A stretch of 64,000 nt of DNA from an uncultured Actinomycetota bacterium (lineage in GTDB: Bacteria > Actinomycetota > Actinomycetes > Propionibacteriales > Nocardioidaceae), in contig CAWDUF010000014.1 in assembly GCA_963805425.1 (NCBI GenBank), positions 8,057 through 72,056 on the forward strand. The letters are read 5' to 3'. Made by a program: the position numbers and the translations under genes. The number at the start of each line of letters is the position of its first letter. The first letter of the stretch is position 1. Below, in pieces: positions 32,777 to 45,157 of the stretch. A model generated the notes under the pieces. The model saw only the letters and a program-made list of their open reading frames with translations, was not told the DNA's origin and searched no databases.

Positions 32777-33424
32777 GTGCCGACCTTCCCCGACCTCCTG
32801 GCCCGCCGACTGGCCGCCGATCCCGGACAACCCTTCGTCACCTTCTACGACGACGAGTCCGGCGAGCGCACCGAGCTGTCGGTGAAGACCTACGCCAACT
32901 GGGTGAGCAAGACCGCGAACCTGTTCGCCGAGGAGCTGATGCTCGACCCCGGCGACGCGATCCGGATCGACCTGCCACCGCACTGGCTCGGGGTCGTGTT
33001 CCTCGGCGCCGCCTGGACCTGCGGACTCCAGGTCACCGGCGACGCAGAGGTCGTGTTCGTGGCGCCGGACCGACTCGACTCCGCTGCGCGCACGGTGATC
33101 GCGTGCGCGCTGCACCCGTTCGCGACCCGTTTCACCGAGCCGCTTCCGACCGGGGTGCTCGACTACGGCGTCCTGTGGCCGGGGCAGAGCGACGTGTTCT
33201 CGCCCGTCGCGCCGACCCAGCTCGAAATACCCGCTCCCGACGACCGTCGCGTGATCACCGACGTCGACCCGGTGTCCGCCACCGGGCAGCATCTGCTCCT
33301 CGGCCTGCTGGCCGGCACCGGCTCCCTGGTGCTCGTCGCGCACCCCGACGCGCGGCAGTGGCCCGCTCGCTCCCAGAGCGAGCGGGCCACTGGTTCCGTG
33401 CGGACGGGTCAGCCGAGCAGCTGA
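32777..33424 (+). CDS. TIGR03089 family protein (AMP-binding enzyme N-terminal-like)
   Basis: PFVTFYDDESGERTELSVKTYANWVSKTANL...LPPHW. Confidence 0.88.
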   Translation: MPTFPDLLARRLAADPGQPFVTFYDDESGERTELSVKTYANWVSKTANLFAEELMLDPGDAIRIDLPPHWLGVVFLGAAWTCGLQVTGDAEVVFVAPDRLDSAARTVIACALHPFATRFTEPLPTGVLDYGVLWPGQSDVFSPVAPTQLEIPAPDDRRVITDVDPVSATGQHLLLGLLAGTGSLVLVAHPDARQWPARSQSERATGSVRTGQPSS

Positions 33425-36408
33425 TAGCCGGCGAACCCGGCTGCTACCCACATCCGGGGCGCGAAGCCGCCAGATGTCTTCCCCGGGAGCAGCCAGATCG
33501 ATGCCCGTCCCCTTCTCGCGAGCGAGCAGGTCTGAGATGTGGTCACCGTTGACGTCACCGACACCGACGTAGAAGTCGTACGTCGCGGGAGTGGTGCCGT
33601 TGGCCACCCGCAGTGCGGAGGAGACGTCGCCCTGGGTCAGCGGCACGAAGGACTTGTCCGCGGACAGGAACAATCGACCACCACCGGGGGCCCACGCACC
33701 GCCGCCGATCTGGTTGTAGGTGCGCATGCTTGCCGGAGCCCGTACCGGTGCCGTGAAGGCGTCGTTCCCCGCGCCCGGGAAGATCGTCCACACGTCGGTC
33801 GCCTTGATGCGGCCGAGGAGGTCGCTGAAGCCGTCTCCGGTCACGTCACCGACGGCGGTCAGCTTGCCCACGGTGGTCCATCCGGTGCCCAGCGAGCGAC
33901 CGCGGCCGAATCGTCCGCTGCCCAGGCCGGGCCACAGCACCAGGCGGCCGCCCGAGCTGTCCCGGGTGATCAGGTCGGCCGTCCCGTTGTGGTCCCAGTC
34001 GCCGACGTCGAGCACCTGGGTGGTGCCGGGCACGGTGAGGTTGGTGGTGATCAGACCGCTGACGTTGCGGCGTCCGTTGCCGGGGACCACGGCGAGACGC
34101 CCGGCGGAGTCGCGTCCGACCATCTCGGGGCCGGGGCCGCCGAACACCTGGCCCGACGACGAGCTGGCAAGGCCCGCGAGATCGGCGTATGACGAGTAGG
34201 ACTGGCCGAGCCGCGTCGTCCGCGTGCCCGCGACGATCGTGCTCAGACCGCTGGCCCGACGCACCACGAGATCGGCCACACCGTCACCGGTCAGGTCGCC
34301 GCCGCCGTAGATCGCGGTCGTGTCGGTGGGCAGCGTCCCGAGCTGGATCCGCGCCCCGAGCTTGCGGTGACGGCCCCCACCCGGGAACAGGAACAGCTTC
34401 CCGGTCGGCTTCATGGCGACCAGGTCGGGCTTCTTGCCCTTGTCGAAACGACCGGCAGCGGACGTGAGGCTGTAGCGCCAGTGCTTCTTCAGGACCTTCG
34501 GGCCGGCGAATCGGCCGCCGCCCAGACCACCGAACAGCACCAGCGCGCCCGACTTCTTCGCACGGGCCACCACGTCGTTGCGCCCGTCCCGGTCGAAGTC
34601 CCCGGCGCCGAGGAGCAGGTCGTAGCCCTTGAACGCCTTCGTGCGCGCGATGCCCTTGCGAGCCAGGTGTCCTGCTCCGTCGCCGGGATAGACGCGGGTG
34701 ACCCCGCCCGACGCGGCGCGCGCCAGCACGTCGCCCTTGCCGTCACCGGTCACGTCACCGACCGCAGCGATCTTCGACATCTTCGACCAGGGGCCGGCGC
34801 TCAGGACCCGGGGACCGAAGCCGACGACGCCCTCGGTCGGAAGGATCCGGATCGACCCGGTCGTCGACATCGCGACCAGGTCGGGCCAGCCCGAGCCGAC
34901 CAGGCTGGTGCGCTCAGGCAGCTGCATCGTCGGCTGCGTGGTCGCCGCCAAGGGTGTCTGGTTCGGAGCCGGCACCCCGTCGGGCGGCGGCAGCGCCGGC
35001 AGCGAGGCCGGGTCGGTCGGACCCTGCGCTGCGTTCTCGATCGCCTGTGCGGCGCTCCGGACCGACGGGATCTTGGCGTACAGGTAGCGCCCCGGACAGG
35101 CAGTCTGGCCGACGTCGCGGTGGCCGTTGATCGCGTTGAGGTAGCGGTCCTTGACCCAGAGGTGGGTGCCGTCTGCCCGGATGTTGCTCAGCGACAGCTT
35201 CCAGGCGAACAGCTTCGCGTAGGCGTCGAGCATGACCTGCGGCGGCTGGGCGATGTCGAAGTTGCCGATCGCCGACATCGCGAAGGAGTACTCGTTGTAG
35301 CCCAGGGTGTGCGCGCCGACGACGGGCCTGTCGACACCGCCGTAGCGTCCCTCCCAGATCCGGCCGAAGCGGTCGACAAGGAAGTTGTAGCCGATGTCGC
35401 TCCAGCCACGCGACTGCGTGTGATAGGCGTAGATGCCGCGGATGCAGCGCGGGGACCTGGTCGCGGCTGTAGTCGTTGGCGTTGACCGTGTGGTGGATGA
35501 AGCCGGTCTTGATGGTGCCGTAGTGCAACGAGCTCTTGTCGCGCAGCTTCTCGTTGGCGCCCCACTGGGCCCGGGAGTAGATCGTCGGCTTCGGCGCTCA
35601 CCTTCATCGCCATCAGCGACGCGGCGTCGGGCTGGCCCTGCTGCGCGTCCGGCCCGGCGTCGCCTGCGGAGCTCGACGGGGCGTCGGTGGCCGGCCCCGT
35701 GCCCGAGGGAAGGTCCGCGGTGTCGATGGCTGCGGGCTGCTCGGTCATCGCGCCGGTGCCGGGATCGATGACCGCGAGCTCGAGGTCCGCAGGCGCCTGC
35801 CCCGAAGCCGGTCTCGGCCCGCATCTGGACCTCGTCGACGTCGCCGACGACGACGGCATCGGTGCCCGGCCGCACGGCTTGCGCGCCTCCGCGCTGCCAG
35901 GGTCCGGGCCGTGCTCGTCGTGGTACGACGCGGTGGTCCAGCCCGACCAGGTGCCGTCGGTCCGGGTGCGGACCTGGACCGAGATCTCGTCCTCCGAGAG
36001 CTTCGTGCCCGGCCTTCCAGGTGACTCCGACGGTGGCGTACCCGTGCACCTTCGTCGGCGCCGAGAGCGCCGCGAGCCGGGTGTGCGTGGCGGGCCCGCC
36101 GCCTGGCGCCCGCGTCTGGGCCCCGGTCACGACTCCGGGGATGTCACGGGCGATGTCACGGGCCGAGGTCGCGTCGATGCCCGCGACCTTGACCTCGCGC
36201 ACCTTCGGGGTCACCGGTGTGGTGTCGACGTAGGCGTCGGAGACCTTGATCGCCGGCGCCAGCGCCGTCGGCCTCGGAACGCCCCTTCTCCGGAGCCACG
36301 ATCTGCAGCGTCATCACGCCGGCGGCCGACAGGCCGACGGCCACGACCACAGCCGTGACCAGGAACTGCTGGCAGATGGTGATGTATCGACGTGCGGGTC
36401 AAACGCAT
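33409..36408 (-). CDS. Secreted N-acetylmuramoyl-L-alanine amidase (Amidase_2/PGRP) with FG-GAP/VCBS repeats; several indels
   Basis: GFIHHTVNAN, WSDIGYNFLVDRFGRIWEGR, GAHT and GHRDVGQTACPG; repeated GDVTGDGKGD/GDFDRDGRND/GDVNGDHISD; ends approximate. Confidence 0.85.
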
Positions 36409-36453
36409 CAAAATGGACTCCATGTGAGGGGGAAGTATTCACACGAGTCCCAA

Positions 36454-36469
36454 GTTTCACATTAGTAAC
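36454..36469 (-). promoter_or_regulatory. GlnR/MtrA-type box upstream of the amidase
   Basis: Minus strand GTTAC-N6-GAAAC. Confidence 0.5.
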
Positions 36470-36496
36470 AGGGTGTAGGGCAAGGCATTTTGTCCT

Positions 36497-36536
36497 AATT
36501 ACAGACCTGTAATTCGGGAATTACAACGGTGTAATT
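36497..36536. promoter_or_regulatory. Two tandem palindromic operators AATTACA-N4-TGTAATT
   Basis: AATTACAGACCTGTAATT (36497-36514) and AATTACAACGGTGTAATT (36519-36536) in an AT-rich island. Confidence 0.75.
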
Positions 36537-36569
36537 AAATGCATTAGTGGGGGATTAGCGGCCCGATTT

Positions 36570-36725
36570 GCGCGCTCGTTCCGCAACCTCTTCGGGCCTG
36601 ACCCTGCTCGTCCCTCGCGGTGGCTCAAGGTTTCGAGCCGCCATGCGCGGCTTCGTTCCTCAGCCGCGGGCACCGCGTCAACGCTCTTCGCGTGGACACC
36701 CCGCTCGTTCCTCGCGGGTGTCCGC
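36570..36725. repeat. Cluster of REP-like hairpins sharing a (C/T)TCGT(T/C)CC core
   Basis: Four cores, e.g. GCGGCTTCGTTCCTCAGCCGC and GGACACCCCGCTCGTTCCTCGCGGGTGTCC. Confidence 0.6.
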
Positions 36726-37503
36726 TCAGATGTCTGCGCCGAGCTCTGCGTCGTCCATCGCCTCGTCGGACTCCTCGTCGTCGTCGTAGCTGCAGGTAGC
36801 GGATGCCGGCCTCGACGTCGCCGTCGAAGTTCAGGTGGCCGGACTCCAGGACCAGGACGCGGTCGCACATGGAGCGCACCGAGGCGGTGGCGTGGCTGAC
36901 GTAGAAGATCGTGGTGCCCTGCTGGCGGATCTCCTGCATCTTGGCCATGCACTTCTTCTTGAACGGCCGGTCCCCCACCGCCAGCACCTCGTCGGCGAGG
37001 AAGATGTCGGCGTCGACGTGGATCGCGATCGAGAAGCCGAGGCGGGCGTACATGCCGGAGGAGTAGTGCGAGACCGGGGTGTCGAGGAACTTGCCGATGT
37101 CGGCGAAGTCGACGATCGCGTCGAACTTGCGCTTGATCTCGGCCTCGCTCATGCCGAGGATCGCGCCGTTGAGGAAGAGGTTGTCGCGCCCGCTCAGCTG
37201 CGGGTGGAAGCCGGCGCCGGTGGCGATCAGGCCGGCGATCCGGCCGCGCGTGCGGATGGTGCCCTCGTCGGGGCGCATCACGCCGTTGATCAGCTTGAGC
37301 AGCGTGCTCTTGCCGCTGCCGTTCAGGCCCATCAGCCCGATCGACTCGCCCTGCTCGACGGTGAACGAGACGTCGTTGACGGCCTGGAACTGCTCCTCGA
37401 GCGGCAGGCCCCGGGCGGTGGCCACGGCCATCTGCTTGAGCGTGCGGTGGTACTGCATGGTGAAGTCCTTGGTGACGTTCTCGACGACGATCGACTCGGT
37501 CAT
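36726..37503 (-). CDS. wzt: Polysaccharide ABC exporter ATP-binding subunit; indel near 36790
   Basis: GLNGSGKST, YSSGMYARLGF, ADEVLAVGD and YVSH. Confidence 0.9.
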
Positions 37504-38452
37504 CACAGACGCTCCGGGAACTTGCGACTCGAGGCGGGAGAAGAACCTCTGCGCGAGGAACAGCAGGACCAGGCTGATGCCCAGCATGATCAGGCCGCGC
37601 TCCCACAGGTCCGGCGGGAAGTCCGCTGGACACTTGCGCTGGGTCCACGGTCAGGGTCGGCTACCAGAAGAACCTCTGCATCAGCAGCACGCACTCGGCC
37701 AGCGGGTTGGCCATGTACAGCTGGTAGAGCACCGGGTGGTCGTCGCCGAGCGTCGGCGACGATCGAGTACGGGTACATCATCGGCACCATGAAGTGCAGG
37801 AACTGGGTGAACGTCGCGACGATGTTCTGGAAGTCCTTGTAGAAGACGTTCAGCGCCGAGAAGAACAGCGCCATCGCCATCGCGAAGACCAGCAGGATCG
37901 CGAGCCCGAGCAGACCGGCCGCCGACGCCGACCAGCGAGAAGTGCCAGCCGACCGCGATGCACGCAGACACGATCAGGATCAGCATCTGCGGCCCCGTGT
38001 GGTACAGCCGCGACGAGCATCGAGGCGACCGGGAAGATCTCCCGCGGCATCCGCATCTTCAGCAGCAGCGACGCGGTTCTGCCGGACCGAGCGGGTGCCG
38101 GTGCTCCAGGTCTCGCTGAAGTAGTGCACGAAGACCATGCCGGCGAACAGGTGCAGCGCGAAGTTCGGGGTGCCGCCGTGGGACTGGTCAGCACGACGCC
38201 GAAGATGAAGAAGTAGACGCCGAAGCGCATCGCCGGCTGGATGTAGGACCAGAGCAGGCCGAGCACCGAGGCGGCGTACTGCTGGGCGAGCTGGCGCCCG
38301 ACGATCAGCCGCAGCAGGTAGTGCTGCTGGAAGACCTCGACGGATGCCGCCCGGCGGGGCGACGGGTCGACCAGCTCGGCGTCGACGTACCGGATCTCGG
38401 CGCGGCCCGTCGCGGGCTCGACGACCGGCATCGCGTCGGCCTTCTTCTCCAT
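37503..38452 (-). CDS. wzm: Polysaccharide ABC exporter permease; multiple indels
   Basis: YAASVLGLLWSYIQP, MPREIFP, SALNVFYKDFQNI, NPLA and terminal F.ERL; start approximate. Confidence 0.8.
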
Positions 38453-40583
38453 CAGCGCGCGGGCGCGCTTGCGCCGCGTTGCTTGCGCCGACCGCCGTTC
38501 GTCGGCCTGCGTGCTTCTTGGCCGCCTGCGTCGGCGGCCTTGTCTGCCGCCTTGCCCCCCTCCGTGGTCGTGCCTTCGACGGAGTCGCGCGAAGGTCTGC
38601 TCCCAGGTCTCGCGGCGAGGTGATCTCGGCCGAGTGCGTCGCGGTAGCGCTGCGACAGCGCGGGCCACTCGCGGTAGAGCCGCTCGTGGATCTCGATCGT
38701 CCGGCGCAGCAGGTCCCGGAACTGGTCGGGGTCGCGCTGGTAGAACGCCGCCGAGGTGCCGTCGGGCATGCTCACGATCGCCGAGTCGAGCGTAGCGAGG
38801 CGGTACCAACGGGCGTCCATCGCCGGCGATGTTCGCTCTCCGGGAACTCCCGCGAGAGCGCGCGGGCGCCGCGGAACTGGCGGATGCCGCCGAGGACGGC
38901 CGAGACCAGCTGCGAGGGCCGGCTCGGGATCTCGGAGGTGTCGCTCTTGCTTGCGCGGCTTGGAGTGCCGCACCGGCGGGAACGCGTCCGGGTCGGCGGA
39001 GAGCTGCGGCGTCGTCCGAACCCTTGCGGAACTCGCGCACCTCGCCGAGCTTGGCTGCCGAGCTGGGCGTGCAGGCCCTCGGGACCGGCCAGCACGTCCT
39101 CGAGCGCGAGGTGGCGCAGCTCGACGGTGGAGTACTGCATCGCGAGCAGGTGCTTGATCTGGTGGTTCAGGCTCTCCCGGATCAGCCGGCCGCCGTGCGG
39201 GAACGGCGAGTGCAGGAGCGCCGCGACGAACCGGTTGCGCTGGTGGAAGTAGGCCTGCCAGTCGAGCGCGTCGTTCTTGTCGGTCCACGGGACGTGCCAG
39301 ACCGCCGCACCGGGCATCGAGACCGTCGGGTAGCCGGCCGCCTGCGCGCGCAGGCCGTACTCGGAGTCGTCCCACTTGATGAACAGCGGCAGGCTCAGAC
39401 CGATCTCGCGGACGACCTCGATCGGGATCAGGCACATGAACCACGGGTTGAAGTCGACGTCGAGCCGGCGGTGCAGCCAGCGGGTGCTGCGCAGGTTGCG
39501 GGCGCCGAAGTCCCAGTCGCTCCTCGGCCGACTTCGGCGACATCCACCAGAACCGGTGCCGGTTGATGATCTCGCCGAAGCTGTGCAGCCGGGCCTTGGC
39601 GAAGATGCTGAACATGTGGCCGCCGACGATCGTCGGGCGGCGCGCGAGGTCGCCGAAGGTCACCGCGCGCAGGATGCTCTCCGGCTCGGCGACGATGTCG
39701 TCGTCGAGGAACAGCACGTACTTCGAGCGTTCGGCCTTGAGCGCCTCGAACTGGGCCCGGGCGAAACCGCCGGAGCCGCCGATGTTGCCCTGCTCGATGA
39801 CCCGCAGCTTGCCGCCCAGCGAGGCCTCGGCCTTGGCGAACCCGGGGTCGTCGGCGACCTTCTCGGTGCCCTGCTCCATGACGAGGACCTCGTCGAGGAG
39901 CGCGTGCACGTCGGCGTCCTCGCCGACCTGGGCGATCAGGGCGGCGCAGAAGTCCGGGCGGTTCATCGTGGTGATGCCGACGGTGACCGAGCCGACCTCG
40001 GCGCGGTCGGCCGGCACCTCGGCGCGTCCAGGTCGCCTCCTCGATGACGGCCTCCTCGTCGCCGGCGACGACGTCGAACCAGTACCAGCCGCCGTCGACG
40101 AACGGGCGTCAGGGTCAGGTCGAAGGACGCCGAGCTCGGCGCCGGACTTCTCGCAGGTCCAGCCGTCGACGCGCTGCGAGCGGCCGTTGGCCATCGAGCG
40201 GTAGACGATCACGCTCGCCCCGGCGCCGGTGACGGTCAGGTCGAGGCGGACCTCGTCGACGATCGGTCCAGCGTCGCCAGTAGCTGGCCGGGAACCCGTT
40301 GAAGTAGGTGCCGAGCGAGATCCGCTGAGACGCCTCGACGCGCAGCCGGCGCCGGTCGAGGATCGCGTCGGGGTGCAGCGACGTGCCCGAGGAGATCGCC
40401 TGGCGCGCGGAGGCCTTGTTGACCTTCTGGGCGGTCTTGTTGGTGCCGATCGTCTCCTTGTCGGCGTCGAGCATCGCGCCCTCGGTGTCGACGTACAGGG
40501 GGACGACGTCGAGGTCGCGGTCGGCGGGCAGCACGAAGCGCTGCAGGATCCTCGGCGCACGCTGCCGATGCTCGGGATCGAGG

Positions 40584-40587
<4 letters not shown>
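38452..40587 (-). CDS. GlfT2-like galactofuranosyltransferase; multiple indels
   Basis: GTYFNGFPASYW, GITTMNRP, QGNIGGSGGFAR, FLDDD, PLFIKWDDSEYGLRA and VWHVPW.DK. Confidence 0.85.
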
Positions 40588-41792
<1,205 letters not shown>

Positions 41793-41825
41793 TCCTCAAG
41801 AGAGAGTTTCCGAGCCCGGGTCAGT

Positions 41826-43598
41826 CTACCGGCGCGCAGCCCCCGTCCTGTTCGCCAGCAGGCGGCGGTAAGCGACCTTTCTCACACCCTCGGGGACCAG
41901 CCGGTACCCCCCGCGCACGGCGACGTTGCGAAGGTACTCCGCGCGGGAGGTGATCCCGAGCTCGCGGAAACGGCGCTGCAGCCGCAGCTCGCTGCGCAGC
42001 AGGGCGGTCCCGCCGCGGCGGGCGTAGGCGCCTGCCCCCACCCGGTAGTACACCAGCGGCTCGGCCAGGTTCGCCGGCGCCGCGCCGGCCTCGACCATCC
42101 GGGTGAACAGCAGGTAGTCCTCGAGCAGCGCCATGTCGGCGTACCCACCGGCCGCGAGGACGGCACTGCGCCGGTAGACCACCGTCGGGTGGTTGAACGG
42201 GTCGCGGAACCGGATCACCCGCCGGATCTCGTCCGGATCCGTGGGAGGCGTACGCCGGCCGACGACGTCCTCGACCGAGGCCCCGAACTCGAAGAGCCCG
42301 GACCCGACGATGTCGGCCCCCGCCTCGACCAGCGCGACCTGGCGCTCGAACCGCTCCGGAACGCTGACGTCGTCGGCATCCATCCGGGCGACGATCTCGT
42401 GACTGCTTGCGGCCAGGCCGGAGTCCAGCGCCGGCCCGAGCCCTAGGTTGTCGGGGAGCTCGAGGTGGACCACGGGCATCGGCAACGTCGCCGCTAGGTG
42501 CTTGATCTCGGCGGCCAGCGCGTCGGGGACCGGCCCGTCCTGCACCAGCACCACCTCGTCGGGCGGGCGGGTCTGGGCCGTCGTGGAGGACAGCACGGCG
42601 TCCCTGAGATACCCGGGGTCGTCGTTGGCATAGGTGCTCACCAGCAGGGTGAACGGCTGGCGTCCTTTCGTGGTCGCCTGCGGCGGGCGGGCACCGACCA
42701 GCACCGTGGCGTTGGGGCGCGGGCGTCGCAGCCCGGCCCGGAGGCCACGGCCGAGCGCCCGGCGCAGGACGCCGCGGTCCGACGACTTCGCGAACGTGCG
42801 CGCCCAGCGCCGGGTCGTCGACGCGCCGTACAGCGCCTTCTCGGGCAGGCTCAGGCTGCGCGAGCGCGAGAACATCCAGGTCTTGTTGCGGACCTCGAAG
42901 AAGAACCGCTCCCCAGGGTCGGCGTCGGTCGACCCGAACACCCGGGTCTTGTGCACCACCACGCTGGCGGGGCAGTAGAGGCCGGTGCCACCGCGGACGA
43001 GTCGGGTGGAGTACTCGAAGTCGTCGTTCCAGAGGAAGTAGTCGGCGACCGGAAGGCCACGCTCGCGGATCCGGTCCGCGTCGCACATCAGCGAGACGAA
43101 GGACGCCGAGCGGATCGGGACGGCTCCGACGCTCTCGGCGGCGGAGATCGCGGTGGCGGAGGCGCCGGGCCGGGGACGCGGTGTGTTCATCGGGTGGTCG
43201 CGACCGTCGGTCCACACGACCCTGCTGGCCAGGACGACCGGCCGCGCGCCGGGGTACTCCTGCCAGGCCCGGACCAGCTCGGCGGCCGCGGTCGGCGTCG
43301 GGACGGTGTCGTCGTCGAGCAACCAGACGAGGTCGGGGTGGTGGACCAGGGCGCGCTCGATGCCGACGGCGAAGCCGCCTGCCCCTCCGGTGTTCTCGAG
43401 GAGGTGGACGACGTCGAGGTCCGAGGCACCGGCGTAGGCGGTGCCGAGCAGCTCCGTGGTGCCGTCGGTCGAGGCGTTGTCGACCACCACCACTGTCGTC
43501 GGCGCATGCGTCTGGCCACGCACCGCTGCCAGGGACTCCTCGAGCAGCTCGCGCCGGTTCCACGTCACCACGACGGCGACGACACGCGGGGAGGACAC
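41826..43598 (-). CDS. Glycosyltransferase with two tandem GT2 domains
   Basis: Domain 1 VVTWNR/VDNASTDGT/ENTGGAGGF/WLLDDD/WNDDFEY; domain 2 LVQDGP/NLGLGPAL/RMDADD/PFNHP/EDY. Confidence 0.88.
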   Translation of the reverse strand: MSSPRVVAVVVTWNRRELLEESLAAVRGQTHAPTTVVVVDNASTDGTTELLGTAYAGASDLDVVHLLENTGGAGGFAVGIERALVHHPDLVWLLDDDTVPTPTAAAELVRAWQEYPGARPVVLASRVVWTDGRDHPMNTPRPRPGASATAISAAESVGAVPIRSASFVSLMCDADRIRERGLPVADYFLWNDDFEYSTRLVRGGTGLYCPASVVVHKTRVFGSTDADPGERFFFEVRNKTWMFSRSRSLSLPEKALYGASTTRRWARTFAKSSDRGVLRRALGRGLRAGLRRPRPNATVLVGARPPQATTKGRQPFTLLVSTYANDDPGYLRDAVLSSTTAQTRPPDEVVLVQDGPVPDALAAEIKHLAATLPMPVVHLELPDNLGLGPALDSGLAASSHEIVARMDADDVSVPERFERQVALVEAGADIVGSGLFEFGASVEDVVGRRTPPTDPDEIRRVIRFRDPFNHPTVVYRRSAVLAAGGYADMALLEDYLLFTRMVEAGAAPANLAEPLVYYRVGAGAYARRGGTALLRSELRLQRRFRELGITSRAEYLRNVAVRGGYRLVPEGVRKVAYRRLLANRTGAARR

Positions 43599-43617
43599 GC
43601 CCTGACCCTACGCAACC

Positions 43618-43661
43618 CGGTGGTCGAGCCCAGCCGCCGGTGGTCGAGCCCAGCCGAGACC
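43618..43661. repeat. Tandemly duplicated REP-like unit CGGTGGTCGAGCCCAGCCG
   Basis: Two copies, related to the units at 4650 and 45202. Confidence 0.7.
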
Positions 43662-45145
43662 TAGCAGGCCGAGCCGAGGTCCTCGGCCTGGTTGGCGGCG
43701 TACCCCGTGTGCATGCTGCCGATCGCCCCGCCGGTCGTGCCCTGGTTGGCCGCGGGCCGCGAGCCTCCGGCCTTCTTCGCCTTCTTCTTGGGGTGCAGCG
43801 CGTCCTGCACCGCCTGCTGGATCCTGGCGATGTCCGGGTGCCCGGTGTTGATCATCGGGGGGACGAAGGAGACCGTGCGCACCGGCTTGCTGCGCGCCTT
43901 GAGGGCCAGCTCGACGAACCGGTCGACCTCGGAGAGCGGGACGTTCGTGGTGATCAGGTCCTCGCTCGCCTTGGCGATCTTCTCGAACTTCAGCACCACC
44001 TTCTGCGGGCTCAGCTGCTGGAGCATCGCGTTCATCACGCACTTCTGCCGGGCCATCCGCGAGTAGTCGTCGGCGGACTCACGCGACCGGGCGAACCACA
44101 GCGTCTGGAAGCCGTTCAGCTTGCGCTTCCCGGGCTTGATGTATCCGGTGACCGGTCCGCCCACGCCACCGATCGGGATCCGGTCGCGCACGTTGAGGGT
44201 GACGCCACCGACGGCGTCGACCATCTTCTGGAAGCCCCGGAGGTTCACCATCGCGTAGTAGTTGATCTTCAGGCCGGTGATGCCCTCCACCGCCTCGGTG
44301 GTGGCCTCGACACCCGGGTTGGCGTAGCCCTTGAACAGGGCCTTGTGGTCGGCGGCCCACGTCGCGAGGGAGTTCAGCTCGCAGCTGATCCCGCAGTTGT
44401 AGCCGCGGGGGAACTGCTGGGCCATGACCGAGCCCTTGGCGAACGGGAAGTTGAGCATGTTCCGCGGGAGCCCGAACAGGACGGCCTGACCGGTGTTCTC
44501 GTCGATGCTGGCGACGGTGATGCTGTCCGGGCGGAGGCCCCAGCGGTCTGCGCCGGAGTCACCACCGAGCAGCAGGATGTTGTAGCGGCCGTCGTGGGCG
44601 TCGCTGGCGGGGCCGCTGGAGAAGGTGGCGAGCAGCCAGTCCTTGTGCACGTTGACCAGGTGTGAGGCGAACAGCAGGCTGCCGGCCACCGAGAAGCAGA
44701 GCAGTCCGTTGATTCCGACCATCGCGAGGCGCTGCTTCTGGCGCAGTGCCAGCGGCTCGCCGATGCGCCAGGCATCGATCAGCAGCAGCGCCCAGCCCAG
44801 GGCCAGCCCGATCAGCACCAGCCGCACGAGTCCGAGCATGAAGGTGTTGGCGAGGAACCAGATCACGAAGGTGTGTGACATCACCTCGATCAGCACCAGC
44901 ACGACCGTGGTCAGGATCAGGCCGAACCAGATCCGCATCGCGATCCGCCCGACCTGCCTGCGACCCGCGACCAGCTGGGCCGATCCGGGCAGCACCAGGG
45001 TCATCAGCATCAGCGCCACGGCACGCCGGAAGCGGATCCGGCCGAGCTGCGCCCGTGCGTCCGGCCCGGTCGAGGACCCGGAGATCAGGCCGGAGTCCAG
45101 CAGGGCGCCGCCGGCGAGTTGCGACTGCATGGCGCTCAGTATCAC
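43661..45145 (-). CDS. LCP (LytR-CpsA-Psr) family protein with multi-TM N-terminus
   Basis: NILLLGGDSG..R..RPDSI, GLPRN, WFARSR and DDYSRMARQ. Confidence 0.92.
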   Translation of the reverse strand: MILSAMQSQLAGGALLDSGLISGSSTGPDARAQLGRIRFRRAVALMLMTLVLPGSAQLVAGRRQVGRIAMRIWFGLILTTVVLVLIEVMSHTFVIWFLANTFMLGLVRLVLIGLALGWALLLIDAWRIGEPLALRQKQRLAMVGINGLLCFSVAGSLLFASHLVNVHKDWLLATFSSGPASDAHDGRYNILLLGGDSGADRWGLRPDSITVASIDENTGQAVLFGLPRNMLNFPFAKGSVMAQQFPRGYNCGISCELNSLATWAADHKALFKGYANPGVEATTEAVEGITGLKINYYAMVNLRGFQKMVDAVGGVTLNVRDRIPIGGVGGPVTGYIKPGKRKLNGFQTLWFARSRESADDYSRMARQKCVMNAMLQQLSPQKVVLKFEKIAKASEDLITTNVPLSEVDRFVELALKARSKPVRTVSFVPPMINTGHPDIARIQQAVQDALHPKKKAKKAGGSRPAANQGTTGGAIGSMHTGYAANQAEDLGSAC

Positions 45146-45157
45146 CAGTCACATGCG

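Noticed and set aside
32405-33408. Apparent 1269-aa amidase ORF extending antisense over the TIGR03089 and manC region
   Set aside because: Caused by an indel near 33497; the natural C-terminus (WLLPGKTSGGF...YQLLG) stops at 33409
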